Shown: positions 17,332 to 26,858, counted from the first letter of the stretch. The stretch: DNA of 64,000 bases from Thermodesulfobacteriota bacterium (GCA_965221875.1 OZ244920.1:822824-886823), one strand, 5' to 3'. Numbers and translations are program-made. The notes: generated by a model not told the origin, from the letters alone.

Positions 17332-18066
17332 ATGCTCGAGGTGAAAAACCTGCATGTGCAGGTAGATGACAAGGAAATACTGAAAGGGATGGATATTACC
17401 GTAGCGCCCGGGGAAGTACACTCCATAATGGGTCCGAACGGTTCGGGGAAAAGCACCCTTGCCCAGGTTCTTGCGGGCAAGGAGGCTTACGAAGTTACCG
17501 AAGGGGAAGTAACTTTCCAGGGCAAGGATCTTCTCGACCTTGAGCCCGAGGAAAGGGCGTGCGAGGGGATATTCCTGGCTTTCCAGTATCCCGTCGAGAT
17601 CCCCGGGGTGGCGAACACCTATCTTCTTCGCGAGGCCCTTAACGCGAAAAGGGAGTACCGGGACGAAAAACCGCTTAAGCACGTGGAGTTCGCCAAGCTT
17701 GCCAGAGAGAAAATGAAAACACTCGGTATTGACGAAGACCTTCTTAAAAGATCCGTGAACGCCGGTTTTTCGGGTGGAGAGAAGAAACGGAACGAGATAT
17801 TCCAGATGCAGATACTCGAACCGGCGCTGGCGGTGCTTGACGAGACGGATTCCGGTCTTGACATAGACGCGCTCAAGATAGTGGCAAACGGGGTGAATTC
17901 GATGAGGGATTCCGGGCGTTCCTTTTTAGTGATAACCCATTACCAGCGACTTCTTAACTATATAGTTCCCGATTTTGTCCACGTGATGGTCGATGGAAAG
18001 ATTGTAAGATCGGGAGGAAAGGAACTTGCCCACGAGCTTGAGGAAAAAGGTTACGCTGAGTTTTAA
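17332..18066 (+). CDS. sufC: Fe-S cluster assembly ATPase SufC
   Basis: 244 aa. Walker A is GPNGSGKST, the signature is FSGGEKKR, and Walker B is LAVLDETDSGLD. Confidence 0.95.
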   Translation: MLEVKNLHVQVDDKEILKGMDITVAPGEVHSIMGPNGSGKSTLAQVLAGKEAYEVTEGEVTFQGKDLLDLEPEERACEGIFLAFQYPVEIPGVANTYLLREALNAKREYRDEKPLKHVEFAKLAREKMKTLGIDEDLLKRSVNAGFSGGEKKRNEIFQMQILEPALAVLDETDSGLDIDALKIVANGVNSMRDSGRSFLVITHYQRLLNYIVPDFVHVMVDGKIVRSGGKELAHELEEKGYAEF

Positions 18067-18098
18067 GGCCTTGGGCAGCCTGCAAGGAGCATAATACT

Positions 18099-19445
18099 AT
18101 GGCTATTGTTTTTGACGGTACGCGCGAAAGTTACGTCGAGGGACTCTCCGAGTTTCTCGATAGTGGGCAAAAAGATGTCCCTGAGTGGGTAACCGCTCTT
18201 CGTCGTGAGGCAATTTCGGGATTTGCCAAGCTCGGATTTCCGACGCTCTCTGATGAAGAGTGGAGATTCACCAATCTTGAGGCACTTCGGAGAGGCTCCT
18301 TTTCGATCGCCGACAATGGAATCTCCGGGGTTTCTGAGAAATCCGTGGATTCCTGCGGGTTTCCAGGGCTTGATTGTCTGAGGCTTGTCTTTGTAAACGG
18401 CCGCTTCGCCTCTTCCCTTTCAGATACTGGAGATGCCGGGGAGGGGATACTGGTAAAAAGCCTGTCGGAGGCGATCTCAGAGCAGGGCGATCTTGTGAGA
18501 GAGCACCTGGCGAGATACGCGGATTATGAAAAAGACGCGTTTATTTCGCTTAACACCTCATATTTTGAAGACGGAGTATTTGTTTACGTTCCCGATGGGA
18601 CCGTTCTCGAGAAACCCGTACATGTTCTTCACGTATCAACAGATGAAGGCAGTCCTTTATTCATAAATCCGAGAAATCTCATTATCGTTGGGCAAAGTTC
18701 GGTCGCCAAGGTAATAGAACATTACGTGGCGGCATCCCAGAGCGTCTATTTCTCAAACGCGGTCACGGAGGTTGTCTGCGGGGAAAATGCAAATCTTGAG
18801 CACTACAGACTTGAGTTTGAAAGCCGGAAGGCGTTTAATTTCTCCACACTTAGGGTAAATCAGCAGAAAAACAGCAACATCGCTTCCCACTCGGTTCTCT
18901 GCGGAGGGGCCATAGTGAGGAACAACGTTCATCCCGTCTTGGCTGGAGAAGGATGCAACTCCGACATTTACGGCCTTTTCATATCTGAGGGACGCCAGCA
19001 CATGGATAACTTCATGCGGGTTGAGCACGCGAGCCCTCACTGCGACAGCCGCCAGTTCTATAACGGCGTACTTGACGGTCGCTCAAAGGGAGTTTTTCAT
19101 GGAAGAATACTGGTTCACGAAGGTGCCGAGAAGACGGACGCGAAGCAGACCAACAGGAATCTTCTTCTCTCCGACACGGCCCAGATAGACACGAAGCCTC
19201 AGCTTGAGATATACAACGACGACGTAAAGTGCACCCATGGCGCTACGATCGGGCAGATGGATGAAGAGGCCCTTTTTTACCTGCGCTCAAGGGGAATCTC
19301 AATGAGACAGGCAAAAATCATAATGCTCCGAGCCTTTACCGAAGAGACCCTCGAGCATATGTCAATTGACTCCGTGAGAGAAGCTCTTGAGGGTGTGGTC
19401 ATGAAATGGTTTGAACAAAGGCTCCAAAACGGCAAAAAGGAGTAA
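18099..19445 (+). CDS. sufD: Fe-S cluster assembly protein SufD
   Basis: 448 aa. The SufB/D beta-helix C-terminal pattern is present (VKCTHGATIGQMDEEALFYLRSRGIS). It lies after sufC. Confidence 0.9.
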   Translation: MAIVFDGTRESYVEGLSEFLDSGQKDVPEWVTALRREAISGFAKLGFPTLSDEEWRFTNLEALRRGSFSIADNGISGVSEKSVDSCGFPGLDCLRLVFVNGRFASSLSDTGDAGEGILVKSLSEAISEQGDLVREHLARYADYEKDAFISLNTSYFEDGVFVYVPDGTVLEKPVHVLHVSTDEGSPLFINPRNLIIVGQSSVAKVIEHYVAASQSVYFSNAVTEVVCGENANLEHYRLEFESRKAFNFSTLRVNQQKNSNIASHSVLCGGAIVRNNVHPVLAGEGCNSDIYGLFISEGRQHMDNFMRVEHASPHCDSRQFYNGVLDGRSKGVFHGRILVHEGAEKTDAKQTNRNLLLSDTAQIDTKPQLEIYNDDVKCTHGATIGQMDEEALFYLRSRGISMRQAKIIMLRAFTEETLEHMSIDSVREALEGVVMKWFEQRLQNGKKE

Positions 19446-19449
19446 GCTT

Positions 19450-19764
19450 ATGTCCGATTACAAGAAAGTGGCAAAGGTTTCAGACATAGCTGAAGGAGAA
19501 GTGGAATCTTTTTTCGTCGATGGAGAAGTGATTGCCATATGCAGTGTAGAGGGAAGTTTCTACGCCTTTCGGGATGAATGCACCCACCAGAATTTTACTC
19601 TTTCAGATGGCGACCTTGATGGAGAACGCATTACCTGCTGTTATCACGGGGCTGAGTTCAACGTCAGAACTGGAGAAGCTCTCTGCCTTCCGGCGGTTGA
19701 ACCCCTGGAGACGTACCCGGTGAAGGTTGACGGGGACGACATACTTGTAGAGCTTGATGACTGA
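19450..19764 (+). CDS. Rieske [2Fe-2S] ferredoxin-like protein
   Basis: 104 aa from the ATG at 19450, with AAGGAG upstream. The two Rieske boxes are CTHQ and CCYHG. Confidence 0.8.
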   Translation: MSDYKKVAKVSDIAEGEVESFFVDGEVIAICSVEGSFYAFRDECTHQNFTLSDGDLDGERITCCYHGAEFNVRTGEALCLPAVEPLETYPVKVDGDDILVELDD

Positions 19765-19780
19765 CCGTCCCCGCTTTTTT
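19731..19780 (+). terminator. possible terminator at the end of the suf operon
   Basis: 8-bp stem CGGGGACG / CGTCCCCG (19731-19738 / 19766-19773) with a large 27-nt loop, then CTTTTTT. The large loop makes this weaker than a canonical terminator. Confidence 0.4.
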
Positions 19781-20201
19781 ATACTGGTTTGAATTTGGGC
19801 AGGGTTACCTCGTCGGTAACGTCATCGAAGCAGACCTGGACTTCCATGCCGATAGACACTTCATTGGGGTCAACGTCAACCACGTTGGACATCATCTTCA
19901 CTCCCTCGTCCATCTCGATAAGAGCCACTACATAGGGAGGCTCACCCTTGTAGGCCTTGGAAGGTCCCATGTGGTGTATGGAAAAAGTCCACACCTTTCC
20001 CCGTCCCTCGCTCTGCACCCACTCTATGTCCTCACTCATGTCCCCTCCCGGGGAAAGAGCCCTTGGGTAAAAGAAAAACTCCCCCGTCTCCCTTGATCTA
20101 GGGATAACCAGCTTGTGCTCCTTCGCAGCCTCCCAAAACGGCTTTGTCTCGGGCCGGAACTCAGGCAAAGGCTTGTTGTACGCTTTTTTCTCTTCTGACA
20201 T
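19779..20201 (-). CDS. DUF35 OB-fold protein (thiolase-associated)
   Basis: 140 aa. KPFWEAAKEHKL and the OB-fold segment (GKVWTFSIHH...PYVVALIEMDEGVKMMSNV) are typical of DUF35. The usual four zinc-ribbon Cys are absent. Confidence 0.75.
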   Translation of the reverse strand: MSEEKKAYNKPLPEFRPETKPFWEAAKEHKLVIPRSRETGEFFFYPRALSPGGDMSEDIEWVQSEGRGKVWTFSIHHMGPSKAYKGEPPYVVALIEMDEGVKMMSNVVDVDPNEVSIGMEVQVCFDDVTDEVTLPKFKPV

Positions 20202-20224
20202 TTTCTTTGTCTCCTTTGTTTGTA

Positions 20225-21436
20225 TTAGTTAATCGGCTGGTTCCCAAGAACCACCGTGCTGTGAGCCGACACTATCCCGCCGTTTCCATGCACCACAGCA
20301 ACCTCGGGGTCCTCAACCTGTCTTGCCCCCGCGTCTCCCCTGAGCTGAAGGGTGGCTTCCACCACATGATGCATGGCCCCCAGGTGAGCCTGGGAAAGCA
20401 GTCCCCCGTGGGTGTTAACGGGAAGGTCCTTCCCTATCTCCATTCTTCCTTCAAGTGCAAACGCTCCTCCATCTCCCTTGGGAACAAACCCCAGTCCCTC
20501 AAGCTCAAGAAGCACCGTTATGGTGAAGCAGTCATAAAGAAACGCTATGTCAACGTCTTTTGGCTCTATCCCCGCAGTACCGAACGCCTTCTCCCCCGAT
20601 CTTTCAACAGCGTTGTATATCTGGTCAAGGTTCTCAAGAGTGGTCAGGTACTGGTGGGAGTATCCCTGACCCATTCCCCAGAGGTAGGCAAGATCGTTCT
20701 CTATGCCAAGCTCCCTGGCCTTTTCCTCCGTGGTCACAATGAAAGCTGCCCCTCCGTCTGAGATAATGGAGCAGTCATACTTGGTAAGAGGCTCCGCTAT
20801 TACCCTTGAGTTAAGGACGTCGTCTATTGAGAGGGGGTCCTTGTTCATGGCGTTTTCCTTGTCGGCGGCATGCTTTCTCATGGTCACGGCAACCGCGGCC
20901 AGGTGTTCTCTCCTTGCGCCCCAGTCATGGAGGTATCTCTGCGCAGCAAGGGCGTATCCTCCCGGAGTGGTTAATCCGTAGGGGAACTCAAACTCCGCGT
21001 GGCACATCTCCCTTATAAGTGCGAGCATGCCGGAAGAGGATATTCCCGAGAGGGTGTTGTCCCCCCTTACGCAGAGTACCACTTCGGACTGTCCCGAAGC
21101 TATGGCCATGGCGGCTTCGGCAACCATCCACACGGCTGTGGCTCCACCCACAGCAACCGAGGAGAAGAACCTTGGGTTCATGCCGAAGTAGTCGGCAAAG
21201 GTTGTGCAGTGCATGAAGGTGTGCTCAACGAGGGAGAAGGCCGTTACTAGGCCGTCCACGTCGTCTTTTTTAATTCCCGCGTCCTCAATGGCAAGCTTGG
21301 AGGCTTCGCTCAGGAAGTGAAAGGAGCTTTTGTCGGGGATTTTGCCCTGCTCTGTTTCCCCCACCCCTGCGATAACCACTTTTTTCTTCTTGAGAAGTTC
21401 TCGGGTCTCTTGTATGCCCGGAAGGTTCTTTGACAT
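20225..21436 (-). CDS. thiolase-fold protein (SCP-x/lipid-transfer-type, DUF35 partner)
   Basis: 403 aa. Thiolase-like segments include VAVGGATAVW and GGLLSQAHLGAMHHV. It has the conserved adjacency to the DUF35 gene. Confidence 0.8.
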   Translation of the reverse strand: MSKNLPGIQETRELLKKKKVVIAGVGETEQGKIPDKSSFHFLSEASKLAIEDAGIKKDDVDGLVTAFSLVEHTFMHCTTFADYFGMNPRFFSSVAVGGATAVWMVAEAAMAIASGQSEVVLCVRGDNTLSGISSSGMLALIREMCHAEFEFPYGLTTPGGYALAAQRYLHDWGARREHLAAVAVTMRKHAADKENAMNKDPLSIDDVLNSRVIAEPLTKYDCSIISDGGAAFIVTTEEKARELGIENDLAYLWGMGQGYSHQYLTTLENLDQIYNAVERSGEKAFGTAGIEPKDVDIAFLYDCFTITVLLELEGLGFVPKGDGGAFALEGRMEIGKDLPVNTHGGLLSQAHLGAMHHVVEATLQLRGDAGARQVEDPEVAVVHGNGGIVSAHSTVVLGNQPIN

Positions 21437-21591
21437 TGTAATGCTTCCTCCTTAGGATCAGTCTTTAGGGTTCCGTATTGAAAATCCGTATCATATTACT
21501 TTATACTCAGGGCTTTTGCCAAACTTTAGGAGCCGAGGTCGTTTCGAAACTACTCTCTTTTTAGGTTCAAAGGAAGTATAATGTTCGGGAA

Positions 21592-22689
21592 ATGGAGCTA
21601 GGATATTTCACTATGCCTCTTCATCCATTTGGCTCTTGCCTCTCCGATACGCTCGAAGCGGACATGGAGCAGATGGTTTTTCTTGACGAAATCGGTTTCA
21701 GGGAAGCTTGGATAGGAGAGCACTTCACTGCAGGCTGGGAGAACATACCGGCCCCCGATCTTTTTATAGCTAAAGCGGCTGCGCTTACGGAGCGGATAAT
21801 CTTCGGTACGGGGGTATCCTGCCTGCCTCAGCATGACCCTTTCATGCTGGCGCACAGAATAGCGGTTCTTGATCACCTGCTTAAGGGAAGATTCTACTGG
21901 GGAGTGGGAGCCGGGAGCTTCATCGGAGACTTCGAGGCATTCGGCATAAACCCAAGGACGGGAGAGCAGAGACAGCTTATGAACGAGTCACTTGAGATGA
22001 TACTGAATCTGTGGAATGATCCGAGTCCAGGCACTTACGCCAATTCCCGGTGGAAATTTTCTGTTCCCAACCCCGTGGAAAAGGTTGGTCTTGGAGTGCA
22101 CACGAAACCTTACCAGAATCCCCATCCTCCCATTGCGGTTGCGGGAATCTCGGAGAACTCCGCAAGCCTGAGGATTGCCGGGGAGCGGGGCTGGATACCC
22201 ATGAGCATAAATTTTGTTATTCCCGACGTACTTAAATCTCACTGGGCGGGTTATGAGCAGGGAGCGGAAACCGCCGGTGGGGCGGCTGAGAGGGCGAAGT
22301 GGAGGATCGCAAGGGATGTCTATGTTGCGGAAACCACCGAAGAAGCGAGAAAAGAGGTAATAGAGGGTACGCTAGCCAGAGATTTCCAGGATTATTTCTT
22401 CACGATAATTCCCATGATAAGAAACAATCTGAATCTGTTTAAAATTGACAAGTCAATGTCGGATCAGGAAGTGACTATGGACTACATGATCGAGAACATG
22501 TGGCTTGTGGGAAGTCCCGAGGATGTTGCCCGGAAAATAATTGAGCTTCATGAATTCGTCGGAGGATTCGGGGTACTTCTGGTCATGGGGCACGAGTGGA
22601 ACCCGAAGGAAAAATGGCAGAAATCGATGAGGCTGCTGAAAGAAGAAGTTCTTCCGCTTGTGAGAAAGAGTCTGCGGCGGGAAACCTGA
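21592..22689 (+). CDS. LLM-class (luciferase-like) flavin-dependent oxidoreductase
   Basis: 365 aa. Supporting motifs are MELGYF, LDEIGFREAWIGEHF and RFYWGVGAGS. Confidence 0.8.
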   Translation: MELGYFTMPLHPFGSCLSDTLEADMEQMVFLDEIGFREAWIGEHFTAGWENIPAPDLFIAKAAALTERIIFGTGVSCLPQHDPFMLAHRIAVLDHLLKGRFYWGVGAGSFIGDFEAFGINPRTGEQRQLMNESLEMILNLWNDPSPGTYANSRWKFSVPNPVEKVGLGVHTKPYQNPHPPIAVAGISENSASLRIAGERGWIPMSINFVIPDVLKSHWAGYEQGAETAGGAAERAKWRIARDVYVAETTEEARKEVIEGTLARDFQDYFFTIIPMIRNNLNLFKIDKSMSDQEVTMDYMIENMWLVGSPEDVARKIIELHEFVGGFGVLLVMGHEWNPKEKWQKSMRLLKEEVLPLVRKSLRRET

Positions 22690-22705
22690 TAACATCCGCG
22701 ATTCT

Positions 22706-23434
22706 TTAGGATTGCGGTTCGTGACTGAAGTGAATTCCGCATTCCTTGTCAGAACCCTGCTCCCACCACCACCTTCCTGCCCTAGGATCTTCACCTTCCT
22801 CAACGGCCCTGGTGCAGGGAGCGCATCCTATGCTCGGATATCCCATGTCGTGAAGCTTGTTGTAGGGAACATCGTTTTTCCTTACGTAATTCCAAACTTG
22901 GTCGACCGTCCAGTCAAGGATCGGATTTATCTTGAGCATCTTTCCATGCAGGTAGTCAACCTCAAACCTGCTTGAGTCAGAACGCTGCTCCGTCTGATCC
23001 GCCCTTATGGAAGTAATCCAGGCGTCAAGCGTCTTTAAGTATCCGTTCAGCGGATTGGTTTTCCTCACCTGGCAGCAGAGTCTTCTGTTCGCGACGCTTT
23101 TGTAGAAAAGATTTACCCCGCGGTCCCTCACCATCTCCTCCACTTGGGCGGTGTCGGGGAAAAGCACCTCGATGCTGATACCGTACTTCTCTCTGGTTCT
23201 GTCCATGACATCGTATGTATGCGAATGAAGCCTCCCGGTATCAAGAGTGAAAATTCTCGCCCCGGGATCCGTTTTCGCGAACATGTCAACAAGCACCATC
23301 CCCTGGACCTGAAAACTGGTTGCAAGCGCAACCGAGCGGCCGAGGTTCCTTGATGCCCAGGCGAGGATATCCTCTGGGGAACTTTGCTCAAACTCGCGAT
23401 TAAGGCTTTTTACGTCTTCTTCAGAGAACTTCAT
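22706..23434 (-). CDS. cysH: adenylyl-sulfate/phosphoadenylyl-sulfate reductase (thioredoxin-dependent, Fe-S type)
   Basis: 242 aa. The CC...CxxC cluster (RRLCCQVRK, GCAPCTRA) and the C-terminal KECGIH catalytic motif are both present. Confidence 0.85.
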   Translation of the reverse strand: MKFSEEDVKSLNREFEQSSPEDILAWASRNLGRSVALATSFQVQGMVLVDMFAKTDPGARIFTLDTGRLHSHTYDVMDRTREKYGISIEVLFPDTAQVEEMVRDRGVNLFYKSVANRRLCCQVRKTNPLNGYLKTLDAWITSIRADQTEQRSDSSRFEVDYLHGKMLKINPILDWTVDQVWNYVRKNDVPYNKLHDMGYPSIGCAPCTRAVEEGEDPRAGRWWWEQGSDKECGIHFSHEPQS

Positions 23435-24442
23435 TTAACCCAGAAAACTCAGATACGACGACAGGCCGTACTTTAAGTATACGAGGGACACTAAATAGCT
23501 TACCCCCACGGTTATCACAGGAACAACAAACCAGAAAAAACCGATTCTGACAACATGGCTGTTTTTGGAAGTTCGGGCGAATCCGTGCTGCGCGCACGAA
23601 AAACCTACAACTCCGGCTGTTACTATCTCCGCGATTGAGACCGGAATTCCATATAATGAAGCAAGCAGTATTATAACTGCGGCTGTGAACTCAACCGAGA
23701 TGGCCCTTATTATGCATATCTCGGTTATTTCCTTTCCCAGGGTCTCAAGAACCCTGCCTCCAAGCAGGATCGCTCCCACTCCCATAGCGACGCCTGCAAG
23801 AATCGCTCCCGGGTAGGAGTCTATGAGACCCAGGCTTACTATCGGCCCTATGGCGTTTGCGGAGTTGTTTGCGCCCCCTGAGAAGGCAATAAAAGTTCCG
23901 GATACGGTAATCAGCACGGTCAGGATAACGTTGACTCTTTTCTCCGAGAAATTGCTTGCGAGGTAGTGAACTATCCTGAAGTAGAAAAATTTCGCCACGG
24001 CGAAATTTATTACCCAGGCCACTATCGGCGCCGCAATCCACCATTTGAGTACCCGGAAGAAGCTGTCGGAATTAAGCGTCTGAGTATAAAGACCAATTCC
24101 TACTATGGCGCACACTATGGCGTGGGTGGTGGCTATGGGTGTGCGGACCACGTTTGCCCAGACGATGAATCCTATTCCCAGAAGCAGAATTATGAATATG
24201 AAGCCTATATCGGAGGAGAGCGTCTCGGCAGGCACTATTCCTTTGCCCACTGTCTCGACTACCGGGGCTCCGGCCGTAAGCGCTCCCAGCAGCGCGAAGA
24301 TTGCTATGAGCCATACTGCCTGTCTTTTCGACCTTACCCCGGCTCCGTATGAGGTTGCCATGGACGCCGCGGAATTGTTGGCTCCTATGTTAAGGGCCAA
24401 AAATCCCGAAAGCACGAGTGTTACAACGAGTAAGACGCTCAA
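23435..24442 (-). CDS. PiT-family anion permease (phosphate/sulfate; CysP-like by context)
   Basis: 335 aa and multi-TM. Duplicated PiT signatures are GANNSAASMATSYGAGV and GGANNSANAIGP. Its stop abuts the cysH start. Confidence 0.8.
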   Translation of the reverse strand: MSVLLVVTLVLSGFLALNIGANNSAASMATSYGAGVRSKRQAVWLIAIFALLGALTAGAPVVETVGKGIVPAETLSSDIGFIFIILLLGIGFIVWANVVRTPIATTHAIVCAIVGIGLYTQTLNSDSFFRVLKWWIAAPIVAWVINFAVAKFFYFRIVHYLASNFSEKRVNVILTVLITVSGTFIAFSGGANNSANAIGPIVSLGLIDSYPGAILAGVAMGVGAILLGGRVLETLGKEITEICIIRAISVEFTAAVIILLASLYGIPVSIAEIVTAGVVGFSCAQHGFARTSKNSHVVRIGFFWFVVPVITVGVSYLVSLVYLKYGLSSYLSFLG

Positions 24443-24542
24443 TAAATTATCTCCCCGCCTAAATGTCGGCGGCAGTAATTACGTAAAAACCAAATAGCAT
24501 TCCGGTTTGTGCGAAAAACAAAAGAGGTTTGCGTAGAGTTTT

Positions 24543-25085
24543 CTAGAGAAGTTCCGAAACCCTGAATATGGAAAAAAAGCTACAGCCCCGCTCAAGGAAT
24601 TTTTTTTCCGTTTCCTCTCCCCTGTCAACGACGCAGAAGACCCCGCAGACCTCGGCCCCGGCGGATTCCACGAGATCAACGGCCCTCAAGACGGAACCGC
24701 CGCTTGTGATCACATCCTCGACCATAACCACCCTGTCGCCCTCAGCGAGTTCTCCCTCTATCATGTTTCCGGTGCCGTGTTCCTTCTCTTTCTTCCTTAT
24801 TATGAATCCGCGAAGAGGGGTTCCCCGCTCATGGCTTCTGGGAATAATTGCTCCCACTATGGGGTCGGCGCCTATTGACGGTCCTCCAACGGCCACCACC
24901 CCGTCCCGCGCGGCGATCTCGCCCAGGAATATCTCTGATATCAGGTAGGCACCTTCGGGATCCAGGGTAGTGCGCCTGGCGTCAATGTAGTAGGAACTTT
25001 GTTTTCCCGATGCCAGAGTGAAATTTCCGAGCAGAATTGATTTGCTTTTGAGAATTAGTTTTAATCTTTCTCTGCTCTTGTTCAT
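24543..25085 (-). CDS. pyrE: orotate phosphoribosyltransferase
   Basis: 180 aa. FTLASGKQSSYYIDAR and the PRPP loop VVMVEDVITSGGS. Confidence 0.85.
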   Translation of the reverse strand: MNKSRERLKLILKSKSILLGNFTLASGKQSSYYIDARRTTLDPEGAYLISEIFLGEIAARDGVVAVGGPSIGADPIVGAIIPRSHERGTPLRGFIIRKKEKEHGTGNMIEGELAEGDRVVMVEDVITSGGSVLRAVDLVESAGAEVCGVFCVVDRGEETEKKFLERGCSFFSIFRVSELL

Positions 25086-25125
25086 CTTCCGGAATTCCGA
25101 GCCGAATGAAACTCTAATCTCCTAA

Positions 25126-26544
25126 TTGTACCCATTGATACGGAAAATCAATAAACCGGATAAGCTCCTTGTTCTTTTCGGAACAGCCGTTTTTCTCCTG
25201 CTGGGTACTATTGCCGCAATTTCTCCGCAGCTGCACTCAGGGGCTTTCGAAAAGGAACTGATACCGGTTTTCATATCGCTCCTGGTTGCCGCCTCGGTCG
25301 TTTATTTTGTGGCCGTGGGAAGTTTCAGGAAAAACCGCGCGTGTTCGCTTCTTCTCATAATTCTTTTCGGTCTCGGGTTCCGGGTTCTGTTTCTTTTCTC
25401 AACTCCGATACTTGAAGACGATTATCACCGTTATTTCTGGGACGGCGCCGTTTCGGCAGCCGGGATAAACCCCTACGAGTACTCTCCCAGGGAAGTGGCG
25501 CAAGGCGGAGGTAGCGAAGAACTAAAGGAGCTTGGACATCTCCATGGCGATACGCTTGGGAAAATAAACCACCCGCACGTAAAAACTATCTATCCGCCGG
25601 TCGCACAGTTCTTCTTCGCCGTATCCTACAAAATATCTCCCATGAGTCTTGCGGCGTGGAGAGTCATACTTATGGCGTTTGATCTGGTCACGCTTGCGCT
25701 TCTGCTTACAAGCCTCAGGAAACTCGGCCTTTCTCTTCAGAATTCGCTTATCTACTGGTGGAATCCCCTTCTTGTGCAGCAGATATTCAACTCAGCGCAC
25801 ATGGACATACTCGCGTTGCCGTTTGTGCTGGGAGCGATGCTTCTTTTTCTTTGCGGAAGCAGAGGGCTCTGGAGTCTCGCCCTGTCGTTTGCCGTGGGAG
25901 TCAAGCTCTGGCCGGCGCTTCTTTTCGGGATGTTTTTAAAGCCCCTTGGCAGGAAGCGGGAAACCCTCCTGCAGATCTTTATTTTTGCCGTCGCGGTCCT
26001 GATCATATTTTTTCCCATGGTCGTATTTAAGATTGATTCGGCTTCCGGCATCGTGGCGTATGGGAAAAGCTGGCAGAATAACAGCCCGTTTTTCACGGCG
26101 GTTCTTTCGGGATGGGAGTTCATTCTCGAGGCTTTTGATATTCACCCCGGACACGCGCAGACTCATTCAAGGGTCGGTCTTGTCGCGATTTTTCTTGCTT
26201 GGAAGTTCTATGTCGCGTATGCAATCGGGTCTTTGGGCCTCCATAGAAAGGCCCTTCTTATAATCGGAGGCGCGTTTCTGCTGATCCCGGCACAGTTTCC
26301 CTGGTACTACACGTGGCTTCTTCCGTTTCTCTGCATAGCTCCCAGTCCGGGGTTTCTGGCTCTCACCGCGCTGCTCCCGCTTTATTACCTTCAGTACTAT
26401 TTTCCCCCTGATCCCGAGGGAGGAGGAATATTCGGGAATGCGGTGGTGTGGATAGAGTTTGCGCCCGTCTGGGTACTTCTCGCTTGGGAATGGTTGAGAT
26501 TCCGGGCTTCGGGAAGTACCTACAGCCGCCAAGTCCATAGTTGA
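25126..26544 (+). CDS. GT-C-type integral membrane glycosyltransferase-like protein (DUF2029/PIG-M-like)
   Basis: 472 aa, at least 10 TM, TTG start. The first loop (EDDYHRYFWDGAVSAAGINPYEY ... IYPPVAQ) resembles polyprenol-phosphate-dependent mannosyltransferases. Confidence 0.5.
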   Translation: MYPLIRKINKPDKLLVLFGTAVFLLLGTIAAISPQLHSGAFEKELIPVFISLLVAASVVYFVAVGSFRKNRACSLLLIILFGLGFRVLFLFSTPILEDDYHRYFWDGAVSAAGINPYEYSPREVAQGGGSEELKELGHLHGDTLGKINHPHVKTIYPPVAQFFFAVSYKISPMSLAAWRVILMAFDLVTLALLLTSLRKLGLSLQNSLIYWWNPLLVQQIFNSAHMDILALPFVLGAMLLFLCGSRGLWSLALSFAVGVKLWPALLFGMFLKPLGRKRETLLQIFIFAVAVLIIFFPMVVFKIDSASGIVAYGKSWQNNSPFFTAVLSGWEFILEAFDIHPGHAQTHSRVGLVAIFLAWKFYVAYAIGSLGLHRKALLIIGGAFLLIPAQFPWYYTWLLPFLCIAPSPGFLALTALLPLYYLQYYFPPDPEGGGIFGNAVVWIEFAPVWVLLAWEWLRFRASGSTYSRQVHS

Positions 26545-26600
26545 TATTAGTATTTTATATGATACTATGCAATTGGGTGACAAGTGAGTGAAAAAAGGAA

Positions 26601-26855
26601 ATGTCAAAAAGACGGTGCGACAGATTGTTTGCGAAAATCAGTGGAAGCACCAAGAGTGTTGCTTTTAATGAACTGGTAAAACTGTTTGAGATGTTCGACT
26701 CTGAGGTTGAACCACCAAGGAGAGGTTCTCACTACAAGATTAGGTTGAAAGCATACAGAATGACGTTGCCAAGACCTCATGGGAAGCATGTGGATGAAGT
26801 ATATGTCAAAAAAGCGATCTCTATATTTGAGGAGATCATGAAGAACGAGGAGTAA
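26601..26855 (+). CDS. hicA: HicA-like toxin (mRNA interferase)
   Basis: 84 aa. The pattern FNELVKLFEMF...RRGSHYKI...TLPRPHGKHVDEVYVKKAI fits HicA/YcfA. It lies 3 nt upstream of hicB. Confidence 0.55.
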   Translation: MSKRRCDRLFAKISGSTKSVAFNELVKLFEMFDSEVEPPRRGSHYKIRLKAYRMTLPRPHGKHVDEVYVKKAISIFEEIMKNEE

Positions 26856-26858
26856 GGA

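Noticed and set aside
16729-17682. 317-aa minus-strand ORF
   Set aside because: It lies entirely antisense to sufB and sufC, which have unmistakable motifs. The product is low-complexity with no recognisable domain, so it is a compositional artefact.
21577-21594. TATAAT box 9 nt upstream of the LLM oxidoreductase ATG, suggesting a leaderless mRNA
   Set aside because: No acceptable -35 or extended -10 accompanies it, and a GGGAA SD-like element sits just upstream of the ATG. It is too weak to report as a feature.
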